Assembly: GCF_044704955.1 (NCBI RefSeq)
Contig: NW_027252691.1
Coordinates: 62,001-126,000, forward strand
DNA: 64,000 nucleotides
Reading direction: 5' to 3'
Source of the DNA: Pristiophorus japonicus
Taxonomy: Eukaryota
Part shown: positions 37,657-48,145 of the stretch, piece after piece
How the letters are laid out: each line of letters opens with the position of its first letter
Position numbering within the stretch: the first letter of the stretch is position 1
Program-made: the position numbers and the translations under genes
The notes under the pieces: generated by a model
The model's database searches: none
Told to the model about the DNA's origin: nothing
Seen by the model: only the letters and a program-made list of their open reading frames with translations

Positions 37657-38530
37657 ATGAAATGTGAGGTAATGCATTTGGGGAGGTCTAACAAAGAAAG
37701 GGAATACACAATAAATGGTAGGACACTGAGAAGTGTAGAGGAACAAAGGGACCTGGGAGTGCAGGTCCACAGATCCCTGAAGGTAGCAGGCCAGGTGGAT
37801 AAGGTGGTTAAGAAGGCATACGGAGTGCTTGCCTTTATTGGCCGAGGCATATAATATAAGAGCACTAGTATAAAACACTAGTTAGGCCACAGCTGGAGTA
37901 CTGCCTGCAGTTCTGGTCACCACATTACAGGAAAGATGTGAATGCACTGGAGAGGGTACAGAGGAGATTTACATAGATACATAGATACATAGAAAATAGG
38001 TGCAGTTGTCGGCCATTCGGCTCTTCGAGCCTGCACCACCATTCAATATATGAGGATCTTGCCTGGGTTGGAGAATTTTGTCTATGAGGAAAGATTGGAT
38101 AGGCTGGGGTTGTTTTCTTTGGAACAGAGGTGGCTGAGGGGAGACCTGATTGAGGTGTATAAAATTATGAGGGGCCTGGATAGGGTGGATAGTAAGGATC
38201 TGTTCCCTTAGCAGAGGGGTCAACAACCAGGGAGCACACCCGATTTACTATACCACCCAAAGGCAATTGCATCTTTGTGGAATGATAAACAGGAGGAGGC
38301 CGTTCATTCAGGTAGGAGATCTAGAGGAGTGGTGGGGGTCTGGAACTCACTGCCTGAAAGGGTGGTAGAGGCAGAAACCCTCACCACATTTAAAAAGTAC
38401 TTGGATGTGCCGTAACCTACAGGGCTACGGATCAAGAGCTGGAAAGTGGGATTAAGCTGGGTAGCCTCTTGGTCAGCCGGCACGGACACGATGGGCTGAA
38501 TGGCCTCCTTGCATGCTGTAAATTTCGATG
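37657..38530 (+). mobile_element. older CR1 3' portion, fragmented by small insertions
   Basis: ORF 37657-37854 KCEVMHLGRSN...RDLGVQVHRSLK. A small inverted CR1 tail sits at 37972-38050. Confidence 0.8.
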
Positions 38531-39069
38531 ATATGATTACAGTACATTAGCGACCTCCTACTGTACCTTTCTGTTAACCGAGTCCAGAACACAAGCTCGG
38601 GCTCAACTGATGAGTTCAACATCTTTGCAGAACTGTTCATTCAATCTTCATCCCGATTGATAGGTTGGAGGACTGTTCTATTAACTTATAGGAAACAGAG
38701 GGGAGAGAGACAGAGACAAAGGAGGATAGGGGAACAGCAAGAGAGGGCAAGAAATAAAGAGGGGAGAAAGAAAGAACAAAAACAAAGAAAAGAATCAAAG
38801 GAGGAAAGGTGAGGATGAAAGGAGGCAATGAATGAGGTGAAGGAGAGAGTGAGGAAAGGAAGGGGTAGCCAATCCCCAGTCAGCAAATTCAGACAATAAA
38901 CACCACAAAAAAACATCGAAAGCATCCGGGCACAAGATACGTTTGGCTGTCCAGTTTTCAAAGCCTTTCTGGCAAAGAAGGGTGTGTGTTGGAAGTGCAC
39001 AGGCCGAGGGGTTTTCAAAGCAGTTAGTTTAACTGGACCAAGTGTTTGTGCTCAGTGAGGTGTGTTGTT

Positions 39070-39433
39070 CCACACCACACAGTGTGTGTTAGAATCCAGT
39101 CCAGATAGATACACCAGGTGTAATAACAGTTCCACACCACACAGTGCGTGTTAGAATCTAGTCCAGATAGATACACCAGGTGTAAGAACAGTACCACACT
39201 GCACAGTGCATGTTAGAATCCAGTCCAGATAGATACACCAGGTGTAATAACAGTTCCACACCACACAGTGTGTGTTAGAATCCAGTCCAGATAGATACAC
39301 CAGGTTTAATGACAGTACCACACTGTACAGTGCGTGTTAGAATCCAGTCCAGATAGATACACCAGGTGTAATAACAGTTCCACACCACACAGTGCGTGTT
39401 AGAATCCAGTCCAGATAGATACACCAGGTGTAA
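39070..39433. repeat. 62-bp minisatellite, 6 copies, each with a CACAGTG heptamer-like motif
   Basis: CACAGTG at 39078, 39140, 39202, 39264 and 39388; TACAGTG at 39326. Confidence 0.9.
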
Positions 39434-39534
39434 TGAAAGTCTACTTTGTGCTCTGCCCCGGCAGGGTTAGGGAGGGCCATTGAAGCTCCCTTTACCGCGA
39501 ACGGGCCATAAAGCTGCATCTCAAACAGATCATC

Positions 39535-40250
39535 GGATTAACAACGGATATACGGCACAGAAACAGGCCATTCGGCCCAACCAGGCCATGCTGCTGTTTA
39601 TGCCCCACTCGAGCCTCCTCCCGTCTTTCCTCATCTAACTCTATCAGCATAACCCTCTATTCCCTTCTCCCCCATTGGCTTGTCCAGCCTCCCCTTAAAT
39701 ACATCGATACTATTCACTTCAATCACTCCCTGTGGCAGCGAGTTCCACATTCTCATCACTCTCTGGGTAAAGGAGTTTCTCCTGAATTCCCCATTGGATT
39801 TCTTGGTGACTATCTTATATTGATGACCTCTAGTTATGCTCTTCCCCACAAGTGGAAACACCTTCTCTGTATCCACCCTATCAAAACATTCCATAACTGT
39901 AAAGACCTCTATTAGTTCACCCCTCAGCCTTCTTTTTCCAAGAGAAAAGAGACCCAGCCTGTTCATCCTTTCCCGATATGTATACCCTCGCATTTCTGGT
40001 ATCATCCCTGTAAATCTGTCTCCTTTCTCTAATATAGCGACCAGAACGTTACGCAGGACTCCAAGTGTGGTCTAACCAAAGCTCGATAAAGGTTTAGCAT
40101 AACTTCCCTATTCTTCAATTCGATACCTCTAGAAATACACCCGAGTGCTTGCCTGGCTAACCAACATCACAATTTTTAATGATTTGTTCCAAGATCCCTT
40201 TATTCCTCTACCCTACCTAGACTCACACCCTCCGAGTAATAAGTGACCTC
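39535..40250 (-). mobile_element. older CR1 3' fragment
   Basis: ORF 39631-40005 IPEMRGYTYRERMNRLGLFSL...TQRVMRMWNSLP. Confidence 0.82.
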
Positions 40251-40251
40251 C

Positions 40252-40455
40252 CTATCCCTTAATCAACATAACAAAAACAGATTATCTGGACATTATCATG
40301 TTGCTGTGTGTGGGAGCTTGCTGTGCACAAATTGGCTGCCATGTTTCCCACATTACAACAGTGACTACACTTCAAAGTACTTCATTGGCTGTAAAATGCT
40401 TTGAGAAGTCTGGTGGCCGTGAAAGGCGCGATATAAATGCAAGTCTTTCTTTCTC
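40252..40455 (+). mobile_element. DeuSINE 3' half
   Basis: aaaacagattatctgg...gtacttcattggctgtaaa...gaaaggcgcgatataaatgcaagtc. Confidence 0.75.
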
Positions 40456-41092
40456 CCTAACAAAATGTAATACGTGCTCGGTGAACTTAATTTGCCAGTT
40501 TGCCCATTCTGTAAGTTTATTAATGTCCTCCTGTAAGTTGTTGCAGGCCTCCTCAGTATTGACGATCGCCAAGTTTGGTGTCAGCCGCCAATTTAGAAAT
40601 TGTGCTTTTGATTCCAAAGTCTAAACCGTTAATATAAATTATATAAGACCATCTCATTTCCCACACGCCTTGCCTTAATTTGAGATGCTGCCTCCATTAA
40701 AAGGAGCGGGTCAGAACCGCCCGAGTGATAAACCTTGTTCCACTCACACTGCAAGAGGAGATCTTACTCCATCCATTACACTTGCACTCTGCCATATTTA
40801 GTCATCAATGAGTTAATACATGTGTGTGAAATTCCCTCCTCCAATGTTTTAACCCAATAATTGTGAACATCATTCAAACTGAACAGAAAAATCTGATACC
40901 AATAGACTGCCAATTAACAGATCCATTGCTGTTATTGCTAAGGAATGATTTCGACTGCACAGAAATCCTTCTAGTTCTCAACCCTTGAATTGGTTCAGTT
41001 CAAGCTGAGGTTTCAGAGACGAGAGGTGAATTAAACACTAAATTGGGAGCATGCACCGCGCAGATAGTTAAACGGCTACTGTCCTGGCACAA

Positions 41093-41575
41093 TAAGAACA
41101 TAAGAACATAAGAAATAGGAGCAGGAGTCAGCCATACGGCCCCTCGAGCCTGCTCCGCCGTTCAATAAGATCAATGGACTCAGCTCCATTTCCCTGCCCG
41201 CTTCCCATAACCCTTTATTCTCTTATTGCTTAAAAATCTATCTTCCTCCACCTTAAATATATTCAGTTACCCAACCTCCACAGCTTTCTGGGGCAGAGAA
41301 TTCCAGATTCATGACCCTCAGAGAAGAAATTCCTCCTCATCTGTTTTAAATGGGCGGCCCCTTATTCTGAAACTATGCCCCCAGTTCTAGATTCCCCCAC
41401 ACGGGGAAACATCCTCTCTGCATCCACCTTGTCGAGCCTCCTCAGAACCTTATATGTTTCAATAAGATCACCTCTCATTCTTCTGAACTCCAATATATAG
41501 GTCCAATCTGCTCAACCTTTCTTCATTAGACAACCCCTTCATCTCAGGAATTAACCGAGTGAACCTTCCCTGAAG
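41093..41575 (-). mobile_element. CR1 3' fragment
   Basis: A (taagaaca)n tail and a 3' RT remnant. Confidence 0.82.
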
Positions 41576-42282
41576 TGCTCCACAATACAGTATCAACAGG
41601 ACACAACCTTATTACACATGCAGCCGTTTGCTATCGGTCCGGCAGCTCGCTGGTTAATGCTAAACGCTTGTTGGTGTGAGACATGTTTGATAAACACAAG
41701 TCCCTGTTTCTCATTCTGTGCAAACTATTTGCCCTCCATCAGCACTGAAATATCCAGTGGAACCTGGAACTTATTCTGTTTTACATCTAAAAGCTGTTCC
41801 TTCAACGATTTTAACTGTAACCTTAAACAACAGTCTGTGACTCCAACTGTTAAATCCCGACACAATTGGATAATGTGTTTTAACTCGGATTATAACAAAC
41901 CCCTAAAGCGCCTGCAATGTCCTACCGTCCAAATGATCAAATCTCCACCCACAGAGCAAGTGTCCCAAAACTAGAATGTGGATCCCGCAGCTCAGACTGA
42001 ACACATCCTGGAAACCCAATAACCTCCTCATTTATTAGATTCCGGGAATCAATTCTGTGGGCTTAAATCTTAACCCTTAACACTCCATCCAGTTAGCAGA
42101 TGTCAGCCACAATTACTGGGTGTATTCTTAACTCGAAAGAATGGAGTCAGTCTCGGATAGAGTCGCGTAATTATTCTGAATATCTCACCGATTTCACACA
42201 TTCGTGTATTACCGAATTCGCTAAATAACGCAAATTAAGAAAATCAATATCAGATCAGGAAGGAATGAGAAATTTGTCTTAC

Positions 42283-42330
42283 CCGAAGTCACTGTCAGCG
42301 AGGTTCCTGTGCCCCAGTAAGCAAGATAGT
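42283..42330 (-). CDS. IGHJ: Ig heavy-chain JH gene segment (YLAYWGTGTSLTVTS)
   Basis: WGxG motif, VTS end, a phase-1 GTAAG donor at 42278-42282 and an adjacent heptamer CACAGTG. Confidence 0.95.
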
Positions 42331-42369
42331 CACAGTGCTCCGTCTCCTGGTCCCAGCAATGTAGGAACT
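42331..42369 (+). other. JH recombination signal (23-spacer) with degenerate nonamer
   Basis: CACAGTG at 42331-42337, 23-nt spacer, then GTAGGAACT (4/9 match to ACAAAAACC). Confidence 0.75.
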
Positions 42370-42704
42370 TCACCCGCACAAATATCTCACAATCTCAGGG
42401 TGTGGTGAAAATAAAAAGCTGCTTTTATCCTGGGAGCAGCAGCCGCCTGTATTTGGATCTGACAGTCCATCCTAAACCTGCTCCGGGTATTCATCACTCA
42501 GCTGGTTTTGCACTTTCCCTGTCAGTGGCTAGCAGCTCCTGCACATCGCCGAGAAACACACTCGCTCCTTATCACCTTTTATTCCCCACAAATCCACATT
42601 TCCCTCCCACAGTCCGAGTGGGCGATGATCCATGTGAGTGTGAGAGGCAGCAATGCGGAATCTGTGGGCACGGGCTGTGAATCAGCCGCTTATTTGTGGC
42701 GGGG

Positions 42705-42767
42705 AGTTTTTGTCAAGCTCTGCACTGCTGTATACCCAGCACAGTGCTTCACCTCAGCTCAAACACC
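42705..42767 (-). other. IGHD: DH2 segment (coding ~42733-42739, CTGGGTA) with 12/12 RSS; the J-proximal heptamer is mutated
   Basis: V-side RSS: CACAGTG 42740-42746, 12 nt, TCAAACACC. J-side RSS: AGTTTTTGT 42705-42713, 12 nt, TGCTGTA (TACAGCA on the other strand, no CAC). Confidence 0.85.
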
Positions 42768-43102
42768 GCCGCCAGAAGATCCAGCCCCAAACACAATGTC
42801 CCACCAACCTGCCGCTGGCTTTATGGCCCCTCAGTCTGTCTCCGTGTTCCACACACAGCAGCTGTCAAACCTGGGCTTCCAGGACTTTGTAAAATGGAGC
42901 TATAATCCACAGGGAGCTTTCCGTGTTCTTGGTCCCACATCTGTTACTCGCTGCTTTCCCCTTCCTTTCAAGTAATATCTTTAAAGAAAATTGCTTGCAC
43001 AGCCAGACTGTTTAATCGGGATCTGCTTTCTATCCAGGGGTGATGAAGCAAAGGCTGGTGAGATGGCCCGAAGAGTCCAATTTAAGCAGCTTTGGTGTGG
43101 CA

Positions 43103-43183
43103 GGTTTTTGAATGGAGGGAGCCCCCACCTCTCACACTGTGCCACCCAGTATAGGCACAGTGATACACAGCCGTACAATAACC
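43103..43183 (-). other. IGHD: DH1 segment (coding 43142-43155, CCTATACTGGGTGG) with 12/23 RSS
   Basis: GGTTTTTGA 43103-43111, 23 nt, CACTGTG 43135-43141 on one side; CACAGTG 43156-43162, 12 nt, ACAATAACC on the other. Confidence 0.93.
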
Positions 43184-43269
43184 TCTGCCTCTGTCACTGA
43201 CACTGGCCCCAGTCACTTCACATTGAAACTGCACTGGCTCGGCTACAAGTGACCCTGCTCTTTGATTCA

Positions 43270-43570
43270 CGCTGGCGATGGTGGTTCTGTCACTGGCCCA
43301 GTGATCTGAAGACCTGGATTCAATAATCCCAGGAACTCCCAAGTTCAAATCCCTCTATGGGAGTTTGGCAATTTCATTTTAAAAATCTGGGGCTAAAAAA
43401 TTCTGGGCTCAGTAAAAGTGACCATGCAGCTGGCGGATGGTCATAAACACCCAACTGGTCACTGAGGTCCTTCTGGAACACAGCCGAGCCTATAGGTGAC
43501 TCCAGTCCCACCCCCAATTGCTTGCCCCTTACCTGCTCTCTGAAGTGGTCCCAGTGAGACACTCAGTTAC
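43270..43570 (+). mobile_element. degenerate tRNA-derived SINE
   Basis: B-box-like agttcaaatccc and a body (gtgaccatg...actggtcactgaggtcc...gtgactccagtcccac...actcagtt) related to 28900-28995. Confidence 0.55.
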
Positions 43571-43689
43571 CACCACCATCATCATCATAGGCAGTCCCTC
43601 AAAAGGCTTGCGTCCACTCTCAGTGAGTTCTCAGGTGACTGAACAGTCCAATACGGGAATGACAGTCTCTGTCACAGGTGGGGCACAGC

Positions 43690-46145
43690 TGTAGATAAAT
43701 TCAGGTTATCCACTTTGGTGGCAAAAACAGGAAGGCAGATTATTATCTGAATAGTGATGGATTCGGAAAATGGGAGATGCAACGAGACCTGGGTGCCATG
43801 GTACATCAGTCATTGAAGTTTGGCATGCAGGTACAGCAGGCGGTTAAGAAAGCAAATGGCATGTTGGCCTTCATAGCGAGGGGATTTGAATACAGGGGCA
43901 GGGAGGTGTTGCTACAGTTGTACAGGGCCTTGGTGAGGCCACACCTGGAGTATTGTGTACAGTTTTGGTCTCCTAACTTGAGGAAGGACATTCTTGCTAT
44001 TGAGGGAGTGCAGTCAGAATCAGGGGAAGTCATAACGGGGAACAAAGAAATGGCGGATCAATTGAACAAGTACTTTGGTTCGGTATTCACTAAGGAGGAT
44101 ACAAACAACCTTCCGGATATAAAAGGGGTCAGAGGGTCTAGTAAGGAAGAGGAACTGAGGGAAATCTTTATTAGTCGGGAAATTGTGTTGGGGAAATTGA
44201 TGGGATTGAAGGCAGATAAATCCCCAGGGCCTGATGGCCTGCATCCTAGAGTACTTAAGGAGGTGGCCTTGGAAATAGCGGATGCATTGACAGTCATTTT
44301 CCAACATTCCATTGACTCTGGATCAGTTCCTATGGAGTGGAGGGTAGCCAATGTAACCCCACTTTTTAAAAAAGGAGGGAGAGAGAAAACAGGGAATTAT
44401 AGACCGGTCAGCCTGACCTCAGTAGTGGGTAAAATGATGGAATCAATTATTAAGGATGTCATAGCAGTGCATCTGGAAAATGGTGACATGATAGGTCCAA
44501 GTCAGCATGGATTTGTGAAAGGGAAATCATGCTTGACAAATCTTCTGGAATTTTTTGAGGATGTTTCCAGTAAAGTGGACAAAGGAGAACCAGTTGATGT
44601 GGTATATTTGGACTTTCAGAAGGCTTTCGACAAGGTCCCACACAAGAGATTAATGTGCAAAGTTAAAGCACATGGGATTGGGGGTAGTGTGCTGACGTGG
44701 ATTGAGAACTGGTTGTCAGACAGGAAGCAAAGAGTAGGAGTAAACGGGTACTTTTCAGAATGGCAGGCAGTGACTAGTGGAGTGCCGCAAGGTTCTGTGC
44801 TGGGGCCCCAGCTGTTTACATTGTACATTAATGATTTAGACGAGGGGATTAAATGCAGTATCTCCAAATTTGCGGATGATACTAAGTTGGGTGGCAGTGT
44901 GAGCTGCGAGGAGGATGCTATTAGGCTGCAGAGTGACTTGGATAGGTTAGGTGAGTGGGCAAATGCATGGCAGATGAAGTATAATGTGGATAAATGTGAG
45001 GTTATCCACTTTGGTGGTAAAAACAGAGAGACAGACTATTATCTGAATGGTGACAGATTAGGAAAAGGGAAGGTGCAACGAGACCTGGGTGTCATGGTAC
45101 ATCAGTCATTGAAGGTTGGCATGCAGGTACAGCAGGCGGTTAAGAAAGCAAATGGCATGTTGGCCTTCATAGCGAGGGGATTTGAATACAGGGGCAGGGA
45201 GGTGTTGCTACAGTTGTACAGGGCCTTGGTGAGGCCACACCTGGAGTATTGTGTACAGTTTTGGTCTCCTAACTTGAGGAAGGACATTCTTGCTATTGAG
45301 GGAGTGCAGCGAAGGTTCACCAGACTGATTCCCGGGATGGCGGGACTGACCTATCAAGAAAGATTGGATCAATTGGGCTTGTATTCACTGGAGTTCAGAA
45401 GAATGAGAGGGGACCTCATAGAAACGTTTAAAATTCTGACGGGTTTAGACAGGTTAGATGCAGAAAGAATGTTCCCAATGTTGGGGAAGTCCAGAACCAG
45501 GGGTCACAGTCTGAGGATAAGGGGTAAGCCATTTAGGACCGAGATGAGGAGAAACTTCTTCACCCAGAGAGTGGTGAACCTGTGGAATTCTCTACCACAG
45601 AAAGTAGTTGAGGCCAATTCACTAAATATATTCAAAAGGGAGTTAGATGAAGTCCTTACTACTCGGGGGATCAAGGGTTATGGCGAGAAAGCAGGAAGGG
45701 GGTACTGAAGTTTCATGTTCAGCCATGAACTCATTGAATGGCGGTGCAGGCTAGAAGGGCTGAATGGCCTGCTCCTGCACCTATTTTCTATGTTTCTATG
45801 TCTATGTTTCTAACAATGTTCCCGATGTTGGGGAAGTCCAGAACCAGGGGTCACAGTCTAAGGATAAGGGGTAAGCCATTTAGGACCGAGATGAGGAGAA
45901 ACTTCTTCACTCAGAGAATTGTGAACCTGTGGAATTCTCTACCACAGAAAGTTGTTGAGGTCAATTCATTAGATATATTCAAAAGGGAGTTAGATATGGC
46001 ACTTACAGTTAAAGGGATCAAGGGGTATGGAGAGAAAGCAGGAATGGGGTACTGAAGTTGCGTGACCAGCCATGATCATATTGAATGGTGATGCAGGTTC
46101 GAAGTGCCGAAAGGCCTACTCTTGCACCTATTTTCTATGTTTCTG
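43690..46145 (+). mobile_element. young CR1 LINE with an internal junction and a duplicated 3' end; 643-aa open RT ORF
   Basis: ORF 43777-45708 contains the full RT core ([20 protein letters not shown]). A second 3' copy lies at 45813-46143. Confidence 0.93.
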
Positions 46146-48145
46146 TGATAGACAGTGGTTGAAGGAAGGGGTGGGTGGGGCAGGTTTGCCGCACGCTCCT
46201 TCCACTGCCTGCGCTTGGCTTCTGCATGCTCTCGGCGACGAGACTCGAGGTACTCAGCATCCTCCCAGATGCATCTCCTCCACTTTGGGTGGTCTTTGGC
46301 CAGGGACTCCCAGGTGTCGGTGGGGATGTTGTACTTTTTCAAGGAGGCTTTGAGGGTGTTCTTAAAGCATTTCCTATGTCCACCTGGGGCTCACTTGCCG
46401 TGTAGGAGTTCCGAGTAGAGCACTTGTTTTCGGAGTATTGTGTCGGGCATGTGGACAATGTGGCCTGCTCAGCGGAGCTGGTCGAGTGTGGTCAGTGCTT
46501 CGATGCTGGGGATGTTGGCCTGATCGAGAATGCTGACGTTGAGAAGGACACTCCATAATCCTTCACGATTGACAGAGTCGAAGGCCTTTGTTTGGTCATA
46601 GAAGGCCATGTACAGGGGTTGGTGCTGCTCCCTGCATTTCTCTTGTATCTGCCGCACAGTGAAGATCATGTCCGTTGTGTCCCTTAGTGGGCGGAATCCG
46701 CATTGTATCTCTGGAGGGAGCTCTTCAGCGACAGGGAGAAGGCGATTGAGGAGGATTCTTGCGATGACCTTCCCTGTGGCCGACAGCAGGGAAACTCCTC
46801 TGTAATTACCGTAATCATACTGGTCTCCTTTCTTGAAGATGATCATGATTACAGTGTCTCTGAGATCCCCTGGGATAAGAGAAATGAGATCATTGCTTTG
46901 CAATAATAGTGTTTTGGTGTTTCGGAGGGGATTCCTTCTGCTCCTGAGGCCTTGTTGTTCTTCAGTAGTCAGATACTGAGCAGGGCTTGTGCTGAGATGG
47001 TGGCGGGTAGCATGCTGTGGGATGGAATTGAGGACACTCACGATGAAGACAGAGTCTCGGTTAAGGAGATCTTCGAAGTGCTCCTTCCAGTGGGCACTGA
47101 CTGCCTCTCTGTTCTTAGCCCTCAGTGGGGTAGGACCTTGGGTGCTTGGGCCGTAGGTGATCTTTGACTACGCTAAAGAATCCTCGCACGTCGTGGTTGT
47201 CGGCTCCTTGCTGGATCTCCTGCACTTTCTCCACCCACCATCTGTTCTTTAGGTCACTGGTTTTCTGTTGGACCTCGGTCTTAAGATGTCTATAGAGCTG
47301 CTTTCTTGCCCTCGAGTTGTGTTGCTGCTTCCAGTTCAAGAATGCCTTGCGCTTGCAGCTTATTAGCTCCTGGATCTCCTGGCCATTCTCGTCGAACCAG
47401 TCTTGGTGTTTCCTGGTCGAGTGACCGAGCGTCTCTTCACAGGTGCTAATTATGGAGGCCTTGAGGCAGACCAGGCCCTGTGGGCACTCTGAGTCTCTGG
47501 GTCACTGGGAGTAGTCAGGCTGGTAGTGAGGCACTGGCTGAATAGAGCTTTCTTAGCAGGATCTTTGAGTGCTCCAGCGTTGATTTTCCTGCGGCATTGT
47601 TTCTGGCATGGGGTGGGTGATGCGCACGTCCTTGCGATCCCTCGCTCAGACGAAGACGTAGTTGAGCAGATGCCAGAGCTTGGAACAAGGGTGTTGCCAT
47701 GAAGACTTGTATTTGTTTCTCTGACGGAACAAAGTGTTGGTTATGATGAGGGCATGTTCTAAGCATTTTGTCAGGAGCAGGGTACCGCTGGAGTGGGTTT
47801 CCTGACCCCCTCTCTGCCGATCACATCTCCCCAGAGGTCTGTGTCTTTACCGACTCTGGTATTAAAGTCACTGAGGAGGATCAGCTTGTCGCCTGTTGGG
47901 ACTCAGGACAGGGATTGTTCAAGGCTGGAGTAGAATTGCTCTTTGGTCTTATCTGTAGCTTCCAGTGTTGGGCCCTATGCGCTGAAGACCATAGCACACT
48001 GATTCCGGGCTCGGGTGAACCGAAGGTTCATTTATCCTGCAGGGGGAGTCTCTGAGATACCCAACTTGGTCATTTTTTATGGTGCAGACTACCCCATGGA
48101 GGCGGCATTCTGCTTCTGGTTTCCCTTTCCAGAAGAAGGTGTAAC

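Larger units (their letters stand above)
35215..37658 (+). mobile_element. CR1 LINE (older fragment 35215-35450, then a younger copy) that hosts the cathepsin L insertion
   Basis: RT ORFs at 35492-36223, 36334-36546 and 36889-37614, with a (ttcttatg)3 tail. The LINE sequence gtgcatgaatcccaaaaag is interrupted at 36607-36957. Confidence 0.92.

Noticed and set aside
42500-42620. Possible third D segment (ggttttgca at 42504, cacagtc at 42608)
   Set aside because: No heptamer-nonamer pair at 12 or 22/23 spacing.
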